A stretch of 64,000 bases of DNA from an uncultured Actinomycetota bacterium (lineage in GTDB: Bacteria > Actinomycetota > Thermoleophilia > Solirubrobacterales > Solirubrobacteraceae), in the NCBI GenBank assembly GCA_963721515.1, contig CAVRKJ010000010.1:606672-670671 (forward strand), given 5' to 3'. Below are positions 18,987 to 28,836 of the stretch, piece by piece. Position numbers and translations under genes: made by a program. Numbering within the stretch: the first letter of the stretch is position 1; each line of letters begins with the position of its first letter. The notes under the pieces were generated by a model. That model was not told the origin of the DNA. It was given only the letters and a program-made list of their open reading frames with translations, and made no database searches.

Positions 18987-20122
18987 GGCCGCACGCCCAC
19001 GCGGACCACCCCTGCCGACGCGCAGGTCGCGACCGCGAGCATCACGTCCGCCTCGGCCACGTTGGCGAGGTCCGGGTGGTCGAGGTTGAGCTCGATCTCG
19101 GCAACGGGCGCTGCGGGGAGGCCCAGGCTCGCGCGCCCGTTGACCGCCGTCTGCCCCCACAGGTCCCCGCCGGCGGCGGCCAACAGAGCGAAACGGGTGT
19201 GGCCCTCGCGGCGGGCCAGCGTCTCCATCTCGCGCAGCTCCTCGAAGGGATCGATCCGCACCTGCTCGTCGGTCCCGATGGCCAGGCGCACGCCGGCGTC
19301 GCGGTAGCGCAGCCCCGGCAGGAAGCCGTCGCCGAGGTTGCCCTCGGTGGTCGGGCACGTGACCACGATCGAGTCGCTCTCGGCCACCAGCGACACGTCA
19401 CGCTCGGAGACATGGATGGCGTGGATGACGCTCGTGCGCGGGCCGAGGAAGCCGGTGCGCGCCAGGAGCTCGATCGGCGAGCACCCGTGCTCGGCCTCGC
19501 ACTCAGCCAGCTCCCGCCGCTGCTCGGAGGCATGGACGTGGCGAACCAGACCGTGCTCCTCGGAGTAGCGCGCGATCTCCGACAGCCACCCGGCGGGGAC
19601 GGCCCGCACGCTGTGGGCCGCCACTCCCACGCTCACGCCATCAACGCCCGCGGCCCAGCGGCGCAGCCCGTCCACGCGCTCCAGGAACGCCTGTACCGAA
19701 GGGTCGCAGAAGCGCAGCTGTCCCGCCCCGGGCGGGGAGTCAGACCCCGCCCACCCGCCGCGGTGATAGGCGGCCGGCAGCAGCGTGATCTCGAGCCCGG
19801 CCGCGCGCGCCGCCTCGGCGAGCGCGATCGCCATCGCATTGGGCTCGGGGTAGGGCGTGCCGTCGGTCTGGTGGTGGACGTAGTGAAACTCGCCGACGGC
19901 GCCGTAGCCCGCCGCCGCCATCTGACCGTAGACGCGACGGCCGACCTCGCCCATCGTCTCCGGGGTGTGGCTCCCGGCCAGGCGGTACATCTCGGTCCGC
20001 CAGCTCCAGAAGTCGTCGGTGGCGCTCGAGGCGCTCACCCGCTCTGCGATGCCGCGCAGGTCGAGCTGGAACGCGTGCGAGTGCGCGTTGGCCATCGCGG
20101 GAATGCGAGCGATGCGGGTCAT
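18983..20122 (-). CDS. hutF: Formimidoylglutamate deiminase (HutF-type amidohydrolase), short N-terminus
   Basis: 'IPAMANAHSHAFQ' compares with Pseudomonas HutF 'LPGMPNLHSHAFQ'. 'FWSWRTEMYRL' and 'GEFHYVHH' also match. At 379 aa it lacks the ~55-aa N-terminal segment of the ~450-aa enzymes. ATGA overlap with hutI. Confidence 0.75.
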   Translation of the reverse strand: MTRIARIPAMANAHSHAFQLDLRGIAERVSASSATDDFWSWRTEMYRLAGSHTPETMGEVGRRVYGQMAAAGYGAVGEFHYVHHQTDGTPYPEPNAMAIALAEAARAAGLEITLLPAAYHRGGWAGSDSPPGAGQLRFCDPSVQAFLERVDGLRRWAAGVDGVSVGVAAHSVRAVPAGWLSEIARYSEEHGLVRHVHASEQRRELAECEAEHGCSPIELLARTGFLGPRTSVIHAIHVSERDVSLVAESDSIVVTCPTTEGNLGDGFLPGLRYRDAGVRLAIGTDEQVRIDPFEELREMETLARREGHTRFALLAAAGGDLWGQTAVNGRASLGLPAAPVAEIELNLDHPDLANVAEADVMLAVATCASAGVVRVGVRP

Positions 20123-21381
20123 GGGCCGCTGATTCTCTCCGCCGCCGCGTCGTCGCGCACGTAGGCGACCTCGCCGCCCACGATCGCGATCGCCACCGGG
20201 TTGTGGCCGAAGCGGTAGGGCACCGATTCCGCGGGCCCGTCCAGCACCACCAGGTCGGCGCGCTTGCCCACCTCGATCGACCCCCGGTCATGGTGCAGGT
20301 CAAGCGTCCAGGCGGCGTTCAGCGTGGCCGCCCCCAGCGCCTCGCACACGCTGAGCCCGTACAGGCGCGCGCCCAGTCCGATGACCACCGGCATCGAGAA
20401 CACCGGCGAGGTGCCGGGGTTGGCGTCGGTGGCCAGCACGAAGATCGCTCCCGCGTCGATGATCGCCCGTCCCGGGGCGCGGTGCTCGGCACCGAGGAAC
20501 TCCGCGCCCGGCAGCAGCACGGCGGCGCAGCGGGCCTGCGCCAGCGGGACGATGTCGTCGGGGTGGATCATCGACAGATGGTCGACGCTGCGCGCGCCGG
20601 CGGCGAGCGCCACCGGGACCGAGCGCAGGCACGACAGCTGCTCAACGTGGGTGCGCAGCGCCAGCCCCGACGCCGCCGCCAGCTCCCCCATCAGCTCGAG
20701 ATGCCCCAGGCCGAACGCGATCGACTCGACGAAGATGTCCAGCGCGGTCACGCTGCCCGCAGCCACCACCTCGGGCATCATCTCCTGCACCACCGCCATC
20801 CACGAGTCGGCGGTGTGGCCTTCGGGGACGGCGTGGGCGAGCAGCGCCGTGGAGGTGGTCGTTTGCACGACCTGGATCTCGAGCTCGCGCGCCAGCACCA
20901 GCGCCCGCATCTCCCCCTCGCGCGAGAGCCCGTAGCCCGACTTGCACTCGAACGTGGTGGTGCCCGCGGCGAGCATCTCCTCGGCCAGACCCGACGCCTG
21001 ATCGAGCACGGCGTCATCCGAGGCCTCGTGCAGCGCCCGCGCCGAGGACTTGATGCCTCCCCCGGTGCGCGCGATCTCCTCGTATGGCACCCCGGTCAGC
21101 TTCTGCTCGTACTCGCGCCAGCGCCACCCGGCGAACGGCAGATGGGTGTGGCAGTCCACGAACCCGGGGATGACCGTGCATCCGGAGGCGTCCACGGTCA
21201 CCTCGGCGATCGGGTCGGCCTCCAGTGCGGCGATCCGGCCGTCACGCGCGGCCACCGACCCGGGGTCGAGCGTCTGGGCGCCCAGCTCGTCGCCGCGCAG
21301 GTGCTCCATGCGGTCCCGGGGCGGGCGCAGCACCTGGGCGGCGCCCGTGATCGACAGCGGCGGCGGCGCTGGGCTCACCAC
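20119..21381 (-). CDS. hutI: Imidazolonepropionase
   Basis: 420 aa. '[18 protein letters not shown]' metal-binding motif, amidohydrolase fold, and position between hutU and hutF. Confidence 0.9.
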   Translation of the reverse strand: MVSPAPPPLSITGAAQVLRPPRDRMEHLRGDELGAQTLDPGSVAARDGRIAALEADPIAEVTVDASGCTVIPGFVDCHTHLPFAGWRWREYEQKLTGVPYEEIARTGGGIKSSARALHEASDDAVLDQASGLAEEMLAAGTTTFECKSGYGLSREGEMRALVLARELEIQVVQTTTSTALLAHAVPEGHTADSWMAVVQEMMPEVVAAGSVTALDIFVESIAFGLGHLELMGELAAASGLALRTHVEQLSCLRSVPVALAAGARSVDHLSMIHPDDIVPLAQARCAAVLLPGAEFLGAEHRAPGRAIIDAGAIFVLATDANPGTSPVFSMPVVIGLGARLYGLSVCEALGAATLNAAWTLDLHHDRGSIEVGKRADLVVLDGPAESVPYRFGHNPVAIAIVGGEVAYVRDDAAAERISGP

Positions 21382-21385
21382 GCGC

Positions 21386-23032
<1,647 letters not shown>

Positions 23033-23095
23033 TGGCGCCGCACGCTACCGCAGCGGGCGTCCGGCCGGGGTCCGCGGGTAGGGTGCAAACCACTG

Positions 23096-23692
23096 ATGGT
23101 CTTCAACCCGCTGAGCGCCCGCGCGGAGCGCAAGACCAGCCGGATGCTCACGCGCGTCGGCTGGGAGCCGCCGCAAACCTGGCCGGTGGCGCGCGCCGGC
23201 GAGCCGCCGCTGGTCTTCCAGACCCGGCTGCCCGCCGCCGAGTTCGTGCCCGCCGCGCAGCTGCCGGCGCAGCACCGCGACGCTCTCGCCTCGCTCGGCG
23301 GCGAGGCGATGCCGCTGGCGCAGGCCGAGCGCGCCGAGGACGTGTTCCTGGCCGCGGCGATCTGCTCCACGCAGGGCGACCACGGCGTGCTGGCGACGAT
23401 GACGGCGGCCTTGGCAGCGCAGCCGCTGCCGTTCCTGGATCGCCGCGGCGTCGAGCAGGGGCGCCGGGCCCGCAAGAAGGTCAACGGCATGCTCGGCCGC
23501 GTCACGATGATCGAGCGTCTGGACGGCGATGCGTCGCCGTCGCCCCTCGTCGTCCAGTACGCGATCGCACACCGTTACGGCACGCTCACGCTCACCTTCG
23601 TGGCGCACGGGTCGGGGCTGGCCGGCAACGCCCGCCGCCTGTTCCAGAACATCGTCCGGGGCTGCCATCTCGGCACCGAGCCGCTCATTTAG
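23096..23692 (+). CDS. Hypothetical protein (198 aa), no recognisable domain
   Basis: ATG 23096 lies inside ORF 22073..23692; the upstream part is antisense to hutU. Third-position GC is very high throughout, as in neighbouring real genes. Its stop overlaps the stop of the convergent OCD-family gene. Confidence 0.55.
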   Translation: MVFNPLSARAERKTSRMLTRVGWEPPQTWPVARAGEPPLVFQTRLPAAEFVPAAQLPAQHRDALASLGGEAMPLAQAERAEDVFLAAAICSTQGDHGVLATMTAALAAQPLPFLDRRGVEQGRRARKKVNGMLGRVTMIERLDGDASPSPLVVQYAIAHRYGTLTLTFVAHGSGLAGNARRLFQNIVRGCHLGTEPLI

Positions 23693-24693
23693 CGGTACGA
23701 GAGCGTCGTGCCCACCCCGAGCGCGCGCGCCTTGGCCAGCATTGCCTGACCCAGGGCGATGTCGGTGATCGAAAGCCCGCGGTGCCAGAACAGGATCCGC
23801 TCGTCCTCGCGCTCACGGCCGGGCCGGGCCCCGCACACGATCTGTCCCAGCTCGGCATGGAGGTTGTCCTGGGTGAGCCGGCCCGAGTCGACGTGCGCGC
23901 GCAGCGACCCGAGCGGGCCGATGCCGGCCTGGCCCCAGTCGTCGACGATGATTTTGTCCATCACGTCGGTGAGGTCCAGCTCCACCGCGCTGACCGTCCC
24001 ATAGGGGATGACCAGCGCGCCCGGTCGCACCCACGCGGTGGCCAGCAGCGGCTCGGGCTCGGTCAGCCGGGTGGCCTCGACGATGACGTCGGCGCCCTGC
24101 AGGCATTCGTCCCAGCTGTCCACCGCGCGCACCGGCGGGGCGGGCCGGGGCAGTGTCTCAGTGAGCCGCTGGGCGAACGCCTCGCGGCTCTCGCGCCGTC
24201 GCGAGTGGACGCGGACCTCCTCAAGCGCGGGTAGCACGTGGCACAGCAGCCGCACGTTCCAGTACGCCGTCCCGCGGGCGCCCACATGCCCGAGTACGCG
24301 CGCGTCACGCCGGGCCAGGTGCTCGGCGCCGATCGCGGTCACCGCCCCGGTCCGCATCTCGGTGATGGCGGTGGCGTCGATGACGGCGCGGGGCACGCCG
24401 GTGCCCGGGTCCATGAGCAGCAGCAGCGCCAGCTCGGACGGCAGTCCGACGCGGTGGTTGTCCACGTAGTCACCCACCACCTTGACCCCGGCGAACTCCG
24501 GCACGGCGCCGCGCAGCACGTTGAAGTGGCCGTTGACGGCGCGCGGGAACAGGTGCGTGCGGGGCTCGATCACGGTCTCGCCCCGCCCCTGGGCGGCGAG
24601 CACCCCGCGCACCGCCTCGAGGATCTCGTCGTCTGAGAGCGCCAGCGCCTCGACGTCCGCACCGCTGAGGTAGGTCAACTCGATGACACTCAC
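23689..24693 (-). CDS. Ornithine cyclodeaminase / mu-crystallin family NAD-dependent enzyme
   Basis: GTG 24693 ('VSVIELTYLSGADVEAL') overlaps the stop of the upstream lyase-like gene (GTGA). It has the 'TEMRTGAVTAI' family motif and the Rossmann segment 'LGHVGARGTAYWN'. Confidence 0.8.
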   Translation of the reverse strand: MSVIELTYLSGADVEALALSDDEILEAVRGVLAAQGRGETVIEPRTHLFPRAVNGHFNVLRGAVPEFAGVKVVGDYVDNHRVGLPSELALLLLMDPGTGVPRAVIDATAITEMRTGAVTAIGAEHLARRDARVLGHVGARGTAYWNVRLLCHVLPALEEVRVHSRRRESREAFAQRLTETLPRPAPPVRAVDSWDECLQGADVIVEATRLTEPEPLLATAWVRPGALVIPYGTVSAVELDLTDVMDKIIVDDWGQAGIGPLGSLRAHVDSGRLTQDNLHAELGQIVCGARPGREREDERILFWHRGLSITDIALGQAMLAKARALGVGTTLSYR

Positions 24694-26225
24694 GCCAACG
24701 TCACCGCGGCGCGCACTCGCTCGAGGAGATCGCCGCCGATGAGGGCGTGAGCGGCGAGCCGTTCCACGTCGGGCCCGACCGGCCGGTCCTCCGACAGCGT
24801 GTCGACCCAGTCGCGGACCACGGCGAAGGCGGCGGCGGTGCCCGCTCCGAGGAGCTCGGCCCGTCCGGCCGCGACCAGGTCGACCGCCTGGGCGGCGACG
24901 ATGAGCTCGATCGCCGCCACCAGCCACATCCGCTGCAGCTGCTCACGCAGCCGCAGCGCCGCGTGGGTGGCGCCCGTGGAGTCGTCTTCCACGCCGTCGC
25001 CGCCGATCGTCGGCATGATCGAGAGCGGCGCGGCGAGGTGGCGGATCTCCACCGTCAGCGCCTGGGCCGTCTTGGTCAGCGGCGACAGCCCCGAGCCGGT
25101 CACGCCCAGCGGAGACAGCCCCGCCGGGAGGCCGCTGAGGCGCTCGGTCTTCAGGCGGGCCTGGCGCTGGGCGCTTGCCGCCGCCACCTGCGCCAGCGCG
25201 ATCGCGGCCGCGTCCAGCGCCAGAGCCAGCGCGGGCACGTGGAAGTTGCCGGTGGAGAGGATCTCATCGTCCCCGGTGAGGACCAGCGGGTTGTCGGCCG
25301 CGCCCTGCAACTCGGCGGCCACCGCCGGCGCCAGCAGCTCCAGCGCGGCGCGCAGCGAGCCGTGGATCTGGCTGGCGCAGCGCAGGCTGATCGGATCCTG
25401 GAGCCGCCGGGCTGCCCCGGGCTCGGTGAGCGCACCGCCGGCCAGCAGCTCGCGCAGCCCCGCCGCCGACCACTCCTGGCCCGGCGCCGGGCGCGCCGCG
25501 ACCACGCGCGGATCCAGCGGGCTGAGATTGGCGCGGAATCCCTCCATCGACAGCGCCGCCGCCACCTGCATGGTCTCCAGGCACGCGGCGGCGTCGAGGA
25601 GCGCCAGCGCCGCCACCCCGGCGGACACCGCGGAGCTCGAGCAGATCGCCAGACCGTCCTTGGGGCCCAGCGTCACCGGGGCCAGGCCAGCGCGGGCGAG
25701 GGCATCGCCTGACGCCATCCGCACGCCGTCCAGCTCCGCGTCGCCCTCGCCGATCAGCGTCAGCCCGACATGGGCGAGCATGCACAGATCCGACGCGCCC
25801 ACCGAGCCGGTGTGCGGGATGCACGGGTGCACCCCGGCGCGGATGAGCGCCGCCAGCCCGTCGGCGATGGCCACGCTCGCGCCCGCGCCGCCGGCGCACA
25901 GGCCGTTGCACCGCACCGCCATCGCCGCCCGGGTGAGCTCCGCCGGCAGCGGCTCACCGACGGACATCGCCCGGCCCCGCAGCGTGCGCAGCGAGAACTC
26001 GGCGGCCGCCGCCCCATCGATCCGCTCCACCACCCGCGGGCCCAGGCCGGTGGTCAGGCCGTAGACCGGGGTGCCGGCGCGGGCGGCCCGCTCCACCACC
26101 GCCGCGGCGGCGAGCATGCGCTCGCGCGCCTCCGGTGCGATCGCGACGCCGGCGCCCTCACGCGCGATCCGAGCCACATCCCGCGGCATCAGCTCGGATC
26201 CGTCCAGCAAGACGCTCCCGTCCAT
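24690..26225 (-). CDS. Aromatic-amino-acid-lyase family (HAL-like) protein with degenerate MIO motif (paralog 2)
   Basis: 511 aa. Contains 'VYGLTTGLG', 'QDPISLRC' and 'STGNFH'. The MIO position reads 'GSVGAS-DLCMLAH' (nt 25788-25799 encode G-A-S-D), so the Gly of Ala-Ser-Gly is missing. Confidence 0.8.
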   Translation of the reverse strand: MDGSVLLDGSELMPRDVARIAREGAGVAIAPEARERMLAAAAVVERAARAGTPVYGLTTGLGPRVVERIDGAAAAEFSLRTLRGRAMSVGEPLPAELTRAAMAVRCNGLCAGGAGASVAIADGLAALIRAGVHPCIPHTGSVGASDLCMLAHVGLTLIGEGDAELDGVRMASGDALARAGLAPVTLGPKDGLAICSSSAVSAGVAALALLDAAACLETMQVAAALSMEGFRANLSPLDPRVVAARPAPGQEWSAAGLRELLAGGALTEPGAARRLQDPISLRCASQIHGSLRAALELLAPAVAAELQGAADNPLVLTGDDEILSTGNFHVPALALALDAAAIALAQVAAASAQRQARLKTERLSGLPAGLSPLGVTGSGLSPLTKTAQALTVEIRHLAAPLSIMPTIGGDGVEDDSTGATHAALRLREQLQRMWLVAAIELIVAAQAVDLVAAGRAELLGAGTAAAFAVVRDWVDTLSEDRPVGPDVERLAAHALIGGDLLERVRAAVTLA

Positions 26226-26267
26226 CGCGGGCGACGATACTGACCGGTGGCACTAGAGTGCCGCGCG

Positions 26268-27797
26268 ATGTCGACGCCGGCATTCACCGACGGCGAGCAC
26301 CCGCCCGTTGTCCTCGACGGCTCCACCCTCACCCCGCAAGGGGTGGCGGCGATCGCCCGCGACGGCGCGGTGGCGGTCCTCTCCTCCGGAGCGCGGGCGC
26401 GCAACGATCGTGCGCGCGAGGCGATCGCGGCGCTGCTGGCCCGCGGCGACGACCTCTACGGCGTCACCACGGGCGTCGGCGCGCTCCGCGCCTACCGGGT
26501 CCCCGAGGAGGACCGCGAGCGCTACGGGCTCAACCTGCTGCGCAGCCACGCCTGCGGCGCCGGTCTCATCCTCACCGCGCCCGTGGTCCGCGCCGCCATG
26601 GCCACCCGGGCCAACCAGATCGGCGCCGGCGGCGCGGGCGTTGCCAGCGAGCTTCTGGACACCCTGGTCGGCGCCCTCAATGCTGGGCTGACGCCGTTCA
26701 CCCGCGAGCTGGGCTCGCTGGGGACCGGCGATCTGACCAACCTGGCCGACGTGGCCCTGGCCCTGCTGGGCGAGGGCCGCGTGTGGCGGGGCGACGACCT
26801 CATCGACGCCGCGCAGGGCCTTACCGATGCCGGCGTGGAGCCGGGACGCATCGGCCCGCGCGACGGCCTGGCGTTCATCAGCTCCAACGCCTTCAGCATC
26901 GGCTACGCGGCGCTGCTCGTCGTTGATGCGCGGCGGCTGCTCGACGCCTGGCTGTCGGTGGCGGCATTGTCCTTCGAGGCCGCCGCTGCCGACCCGGTGG
27001 TGCTCGACCCCCGCATCCACTCCGCGATCCACCGGCCGGGCCAGTCGGCGGTGGCCCGTCGCATGCGCGAGCTGCTGGCCGGCCTGGAGGAGCGGGCGCG
27101 CGAGCCGGGTCCGCTGGGGATCCAGGACCCGTACCCGTTCCGCGCCCAGCCGCAGGTCGACGGCGCCGTGCACGATGCGCTGCGCGCGCTCGAGGAGACC
27201 GTCTGCCACGAGCTCAACTTTGCCGGCGAGAACGCCCTGATCGTCCCCGGGGAGGACATCGCACTGCCCAACGGCAACCCTCACGCGGCGCCGCTGGCCA
27301 ACGCCATCGACGGCCTGCGCACCGCGCTGGCGTCGTCAGCGGCGCTGATCGCCGCCCGAGTGTCGACCCTCCTGGACACCGGCCTCACCGGGCTGCCCCC
27401 GTTCCTGGCCCGCCATCCCGGCCCGGAGTCCGGCGCCCTCGTGCTCGAGTACACCGCTCACGCCGCCGTGGCGGAGGTGCGCTCGCTCGTCACCCCGGTG
27501 GCGGCCCAGACCGTGTCGGTGTCCCGCGGCGTCGAGTCGCATTCCAGCCTCGCGCCCATCGCCGCGCGGCGCGCCCACGAGACGCTGCGCGCCTTGCGCG
27601 TCGCGGTCGCCACGGAGCTCGTTGTCGCCGTGCGGGCCCTGCGCGTGGCCGGGCAGGAGCCCGTGGGCGCGGGCACGCGCGAGCTGTGGGCGCTAGCGGC
27701 CGAGCGCCTGGACCCGGACCTCCGCGACCGGCCGCTGCATCCTGACGTCGAGGCCGCTCGCGAGCTCATCGACGCGTGGGACACCGCGCTGGGCTGA
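26268..27797 (+). CDS. Aromatic-amino-acid-lyase family (HAL-like) protein with non-canonical triad (paralog 3)
   Basis: Contains 'LYGVTTGVG', 'LRSHACGAG', 'IQDPYPFRAQPQV' and 'GVESHSS'. The MIO position reads 'GSLGTGDLTNLA' (nt 26721-26729 encode G-T-G). The start is ATG 26268 or GTG 26247. Confidence 0.8.
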   Translation: MSTPAFTDGEHPPVVLDGSTLTPQGVAAIARDGAVAVLSSGARARNDRAREAIAALLARGDDLYGVTTGVGALRAYRVPEEDRERYGLNLLRSHACGAGLILTAPVVRAAMATRANQIGAGGAGVASELLDTLVGALNAGLTPFTRELGSLGTGDLTNLADVALALLGEGRVWRGDDLIDAAQGLTDAGVEPGRIGPRDGLAFISSNAFSIGYAALLVVDARRLLDAWLSVAALSFEAAAADPVVLDPRIHSAIHRPGQSAVARRMRELLAGLEERAREPGPLGIQDPYPFRAQPQVDGAVHDALRALEETVCHELNFAGENALIVPGEDIALPNGNPHAAPLANAIDGLRTALASSAALIAARVSTLLDTGLTGLPPFLARHPGPESGALVLEYTAHAAVAEVRSLVTPVAAQTVSVSRGVESHSSLAPIAARRAHETLRALRVAVATELVVAVRALRVAGQEPVGAGTRELWALAAERLDPDLRDRPLHPDVEAARELIDAWDTALG

Positions 27798-27911
27798 GCC
27801 GGCTCTCGGACTGCGTCGCCGCGTCCGGCTACGACGAAGGTCCCATTGAAACTCGGACCGCCGAGGCCGCAGCATGGCCGGACAACGCAATCCACTCCCA
27901 AGGAGACGGCT

Positions 27912-28139
27912 ATGCATTCTCGACTGACCAAGACACTGGTGTCACTGGCCGCCGTCGGCGCGCTGAGTGTTCCCGCCGTGGCTCAGGCTCGCCACGGCTC
28001 TGATGATCCCGCGGGGCACGTCCGCCAGGAGCACCACGCAGCGCGCCATCACGCCGCCAGGCACCACGACCGGCCCGACCGCGACCGCAACGACCGCCAC
28101 GACAACGATCGCAACGACGATCACGGCGGCGACCGCTGA
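27912..28139 (+). CDS. Small secreted His/Asp/Arg-rich protein (75 aa)
   Basis: AAGGAG is 7 nt upstream of ATG 27912. Signal peptide 'MHSRLTKTLVSLAAVGALSVPAVAQA'. The mature part is 'RHGSDDPAGHVRQEHHAARHHAARHHDRPDRDRNDRHDNDRNDDHGGDR'. Confidence 0.65.
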   Translation: MHSRLTKTLVSLAAVGALSVPAVAQARHGSDDPAGHVRQEHHAARHHAARHHDRPDRDRNDRHDNDRNDDHGGDR

Positions 28140-28147
28140 TTGAGCTC

Positions 28148-28174
28148 CCGACCGCTGACTGAGCTCCCGGTCGG
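28148..28174. terminator. Weak hairpin between convergent genes, embedded in TGAGCTCCC direct repeats
   Basis: CCGACCG (28148-54) pairs with CGGTCGG (28168-74). TGAGCTCCC occurs at 28141 and 28160. Confidence 0.3.
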
Positions 28175-28206
28175 ACCCCGCGCGCCGGCCGGCGCTGTCT
28201 CTGAGC

Positions 28207-28836
28207 TCACCTGCCGATCTTGTGGCGGTGAGCCCACAGCGCCGCCTGCGTGCGATCGGTGACCCCGATCTGCGCGAACACCTTGGTCAGGTGGGCCTTC
28301 ACCGTCTTCTCGGAGATCTCGAGCCGGCGCGCGATGAGCTTGTTGGGCAGCCCCTCTGCTACGAGCGCGAGGACCTCCAGTTCTCGCGCGCTGAGGTCGG
28401 AGTCCTGACGCCCCTGTCCCTCGCTGCGCTCGATGATCAGCTGGTGCGCCGCACGGGGCGCCAGCGGTGACTCGCCCCGCGCCGCCGCGCGCACGCCGCG
28501 GATGATCTCCTCCGGCTCTGCGTCCTTGAGCAGATAGCCCAGTGCCCCGGCGTCGAGCGCACCGAGGATCCGGTCGCGGTCCGAGAACGTCGTCAGCACC
28601 ACCACCCGCGCCCCCGAGCCGGCCTCATGCAGCGCACGCGTGGCATCGGTGCCGTTGAGCTCGGGCATCTCCAGGTCCATGAGCACGACGTCGGGATCGG
28701 TCTCCAGAGCGACCGAGACCGCCTCGCGGCCGTCGGCGGTGACCCCGACCACATCGATGTCCTCCGCGCCCGCGAGCAGGTTCGCGAGCGCATCGCGCAC
28801 CAGCGGATGGTCGTCGGCGATCAGCAGCCTGATCAC
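28207..28836 (-). CDS. NarL/LuxR-family response regulator
   Basis: Receiver domain ('VLMDLEMP') plus LuxR HTH ('LSARELEVLALVAEGLPNKLIARRLEISEKTVKAHL'). Overlaps the kinase stop by 4 nt. Confidence 0.9.
   Translation of the reverse strand: MIRLLIADDHPLVRDALANLLAGAEDIDVVGVTADGREAVSVALETDPDVVLMDLEMPELNGTDATRALHEAGSGARVVVLTTFSDRDRILGALDAGALGYLLKDAEPEEIIRGVRAAARGESPLAPRAAHQLIIERSEGQGRQDSDLSARELEVLALVAEGLPNKLIARRLEISEKTVKAHLTKVFAQIGVTDRTQAALWAHRHKIGR

Noticed and set aside
18987-19358. Long N-terminal extensions offered by the ORF track. Examples: 17565..19358, 15096..17546, 35132..36262, 57109..58281, 13154..13957, 23689..24927, 47473..49404.
   Set aside because: The extensions are Arg/Pro/Gly-rich and overlap upstream genes. 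Internal ATG or GTG codons give canonical family N-termini and 1- to 4-nt coupling overlaps.
25707-25715. An 'ASG' tripeptide in HAL-like paralog 2 ('VRMASGDAL') that might be the MIO triad.
   Set aside because: It lies ~27 residues downstream of the conserved 'GSVGAS(G)DL' segment. It aligns with a non-catalytic surface region of P. putida HAL ('QWLSATEAL'), so it is a coincidental occurrence.
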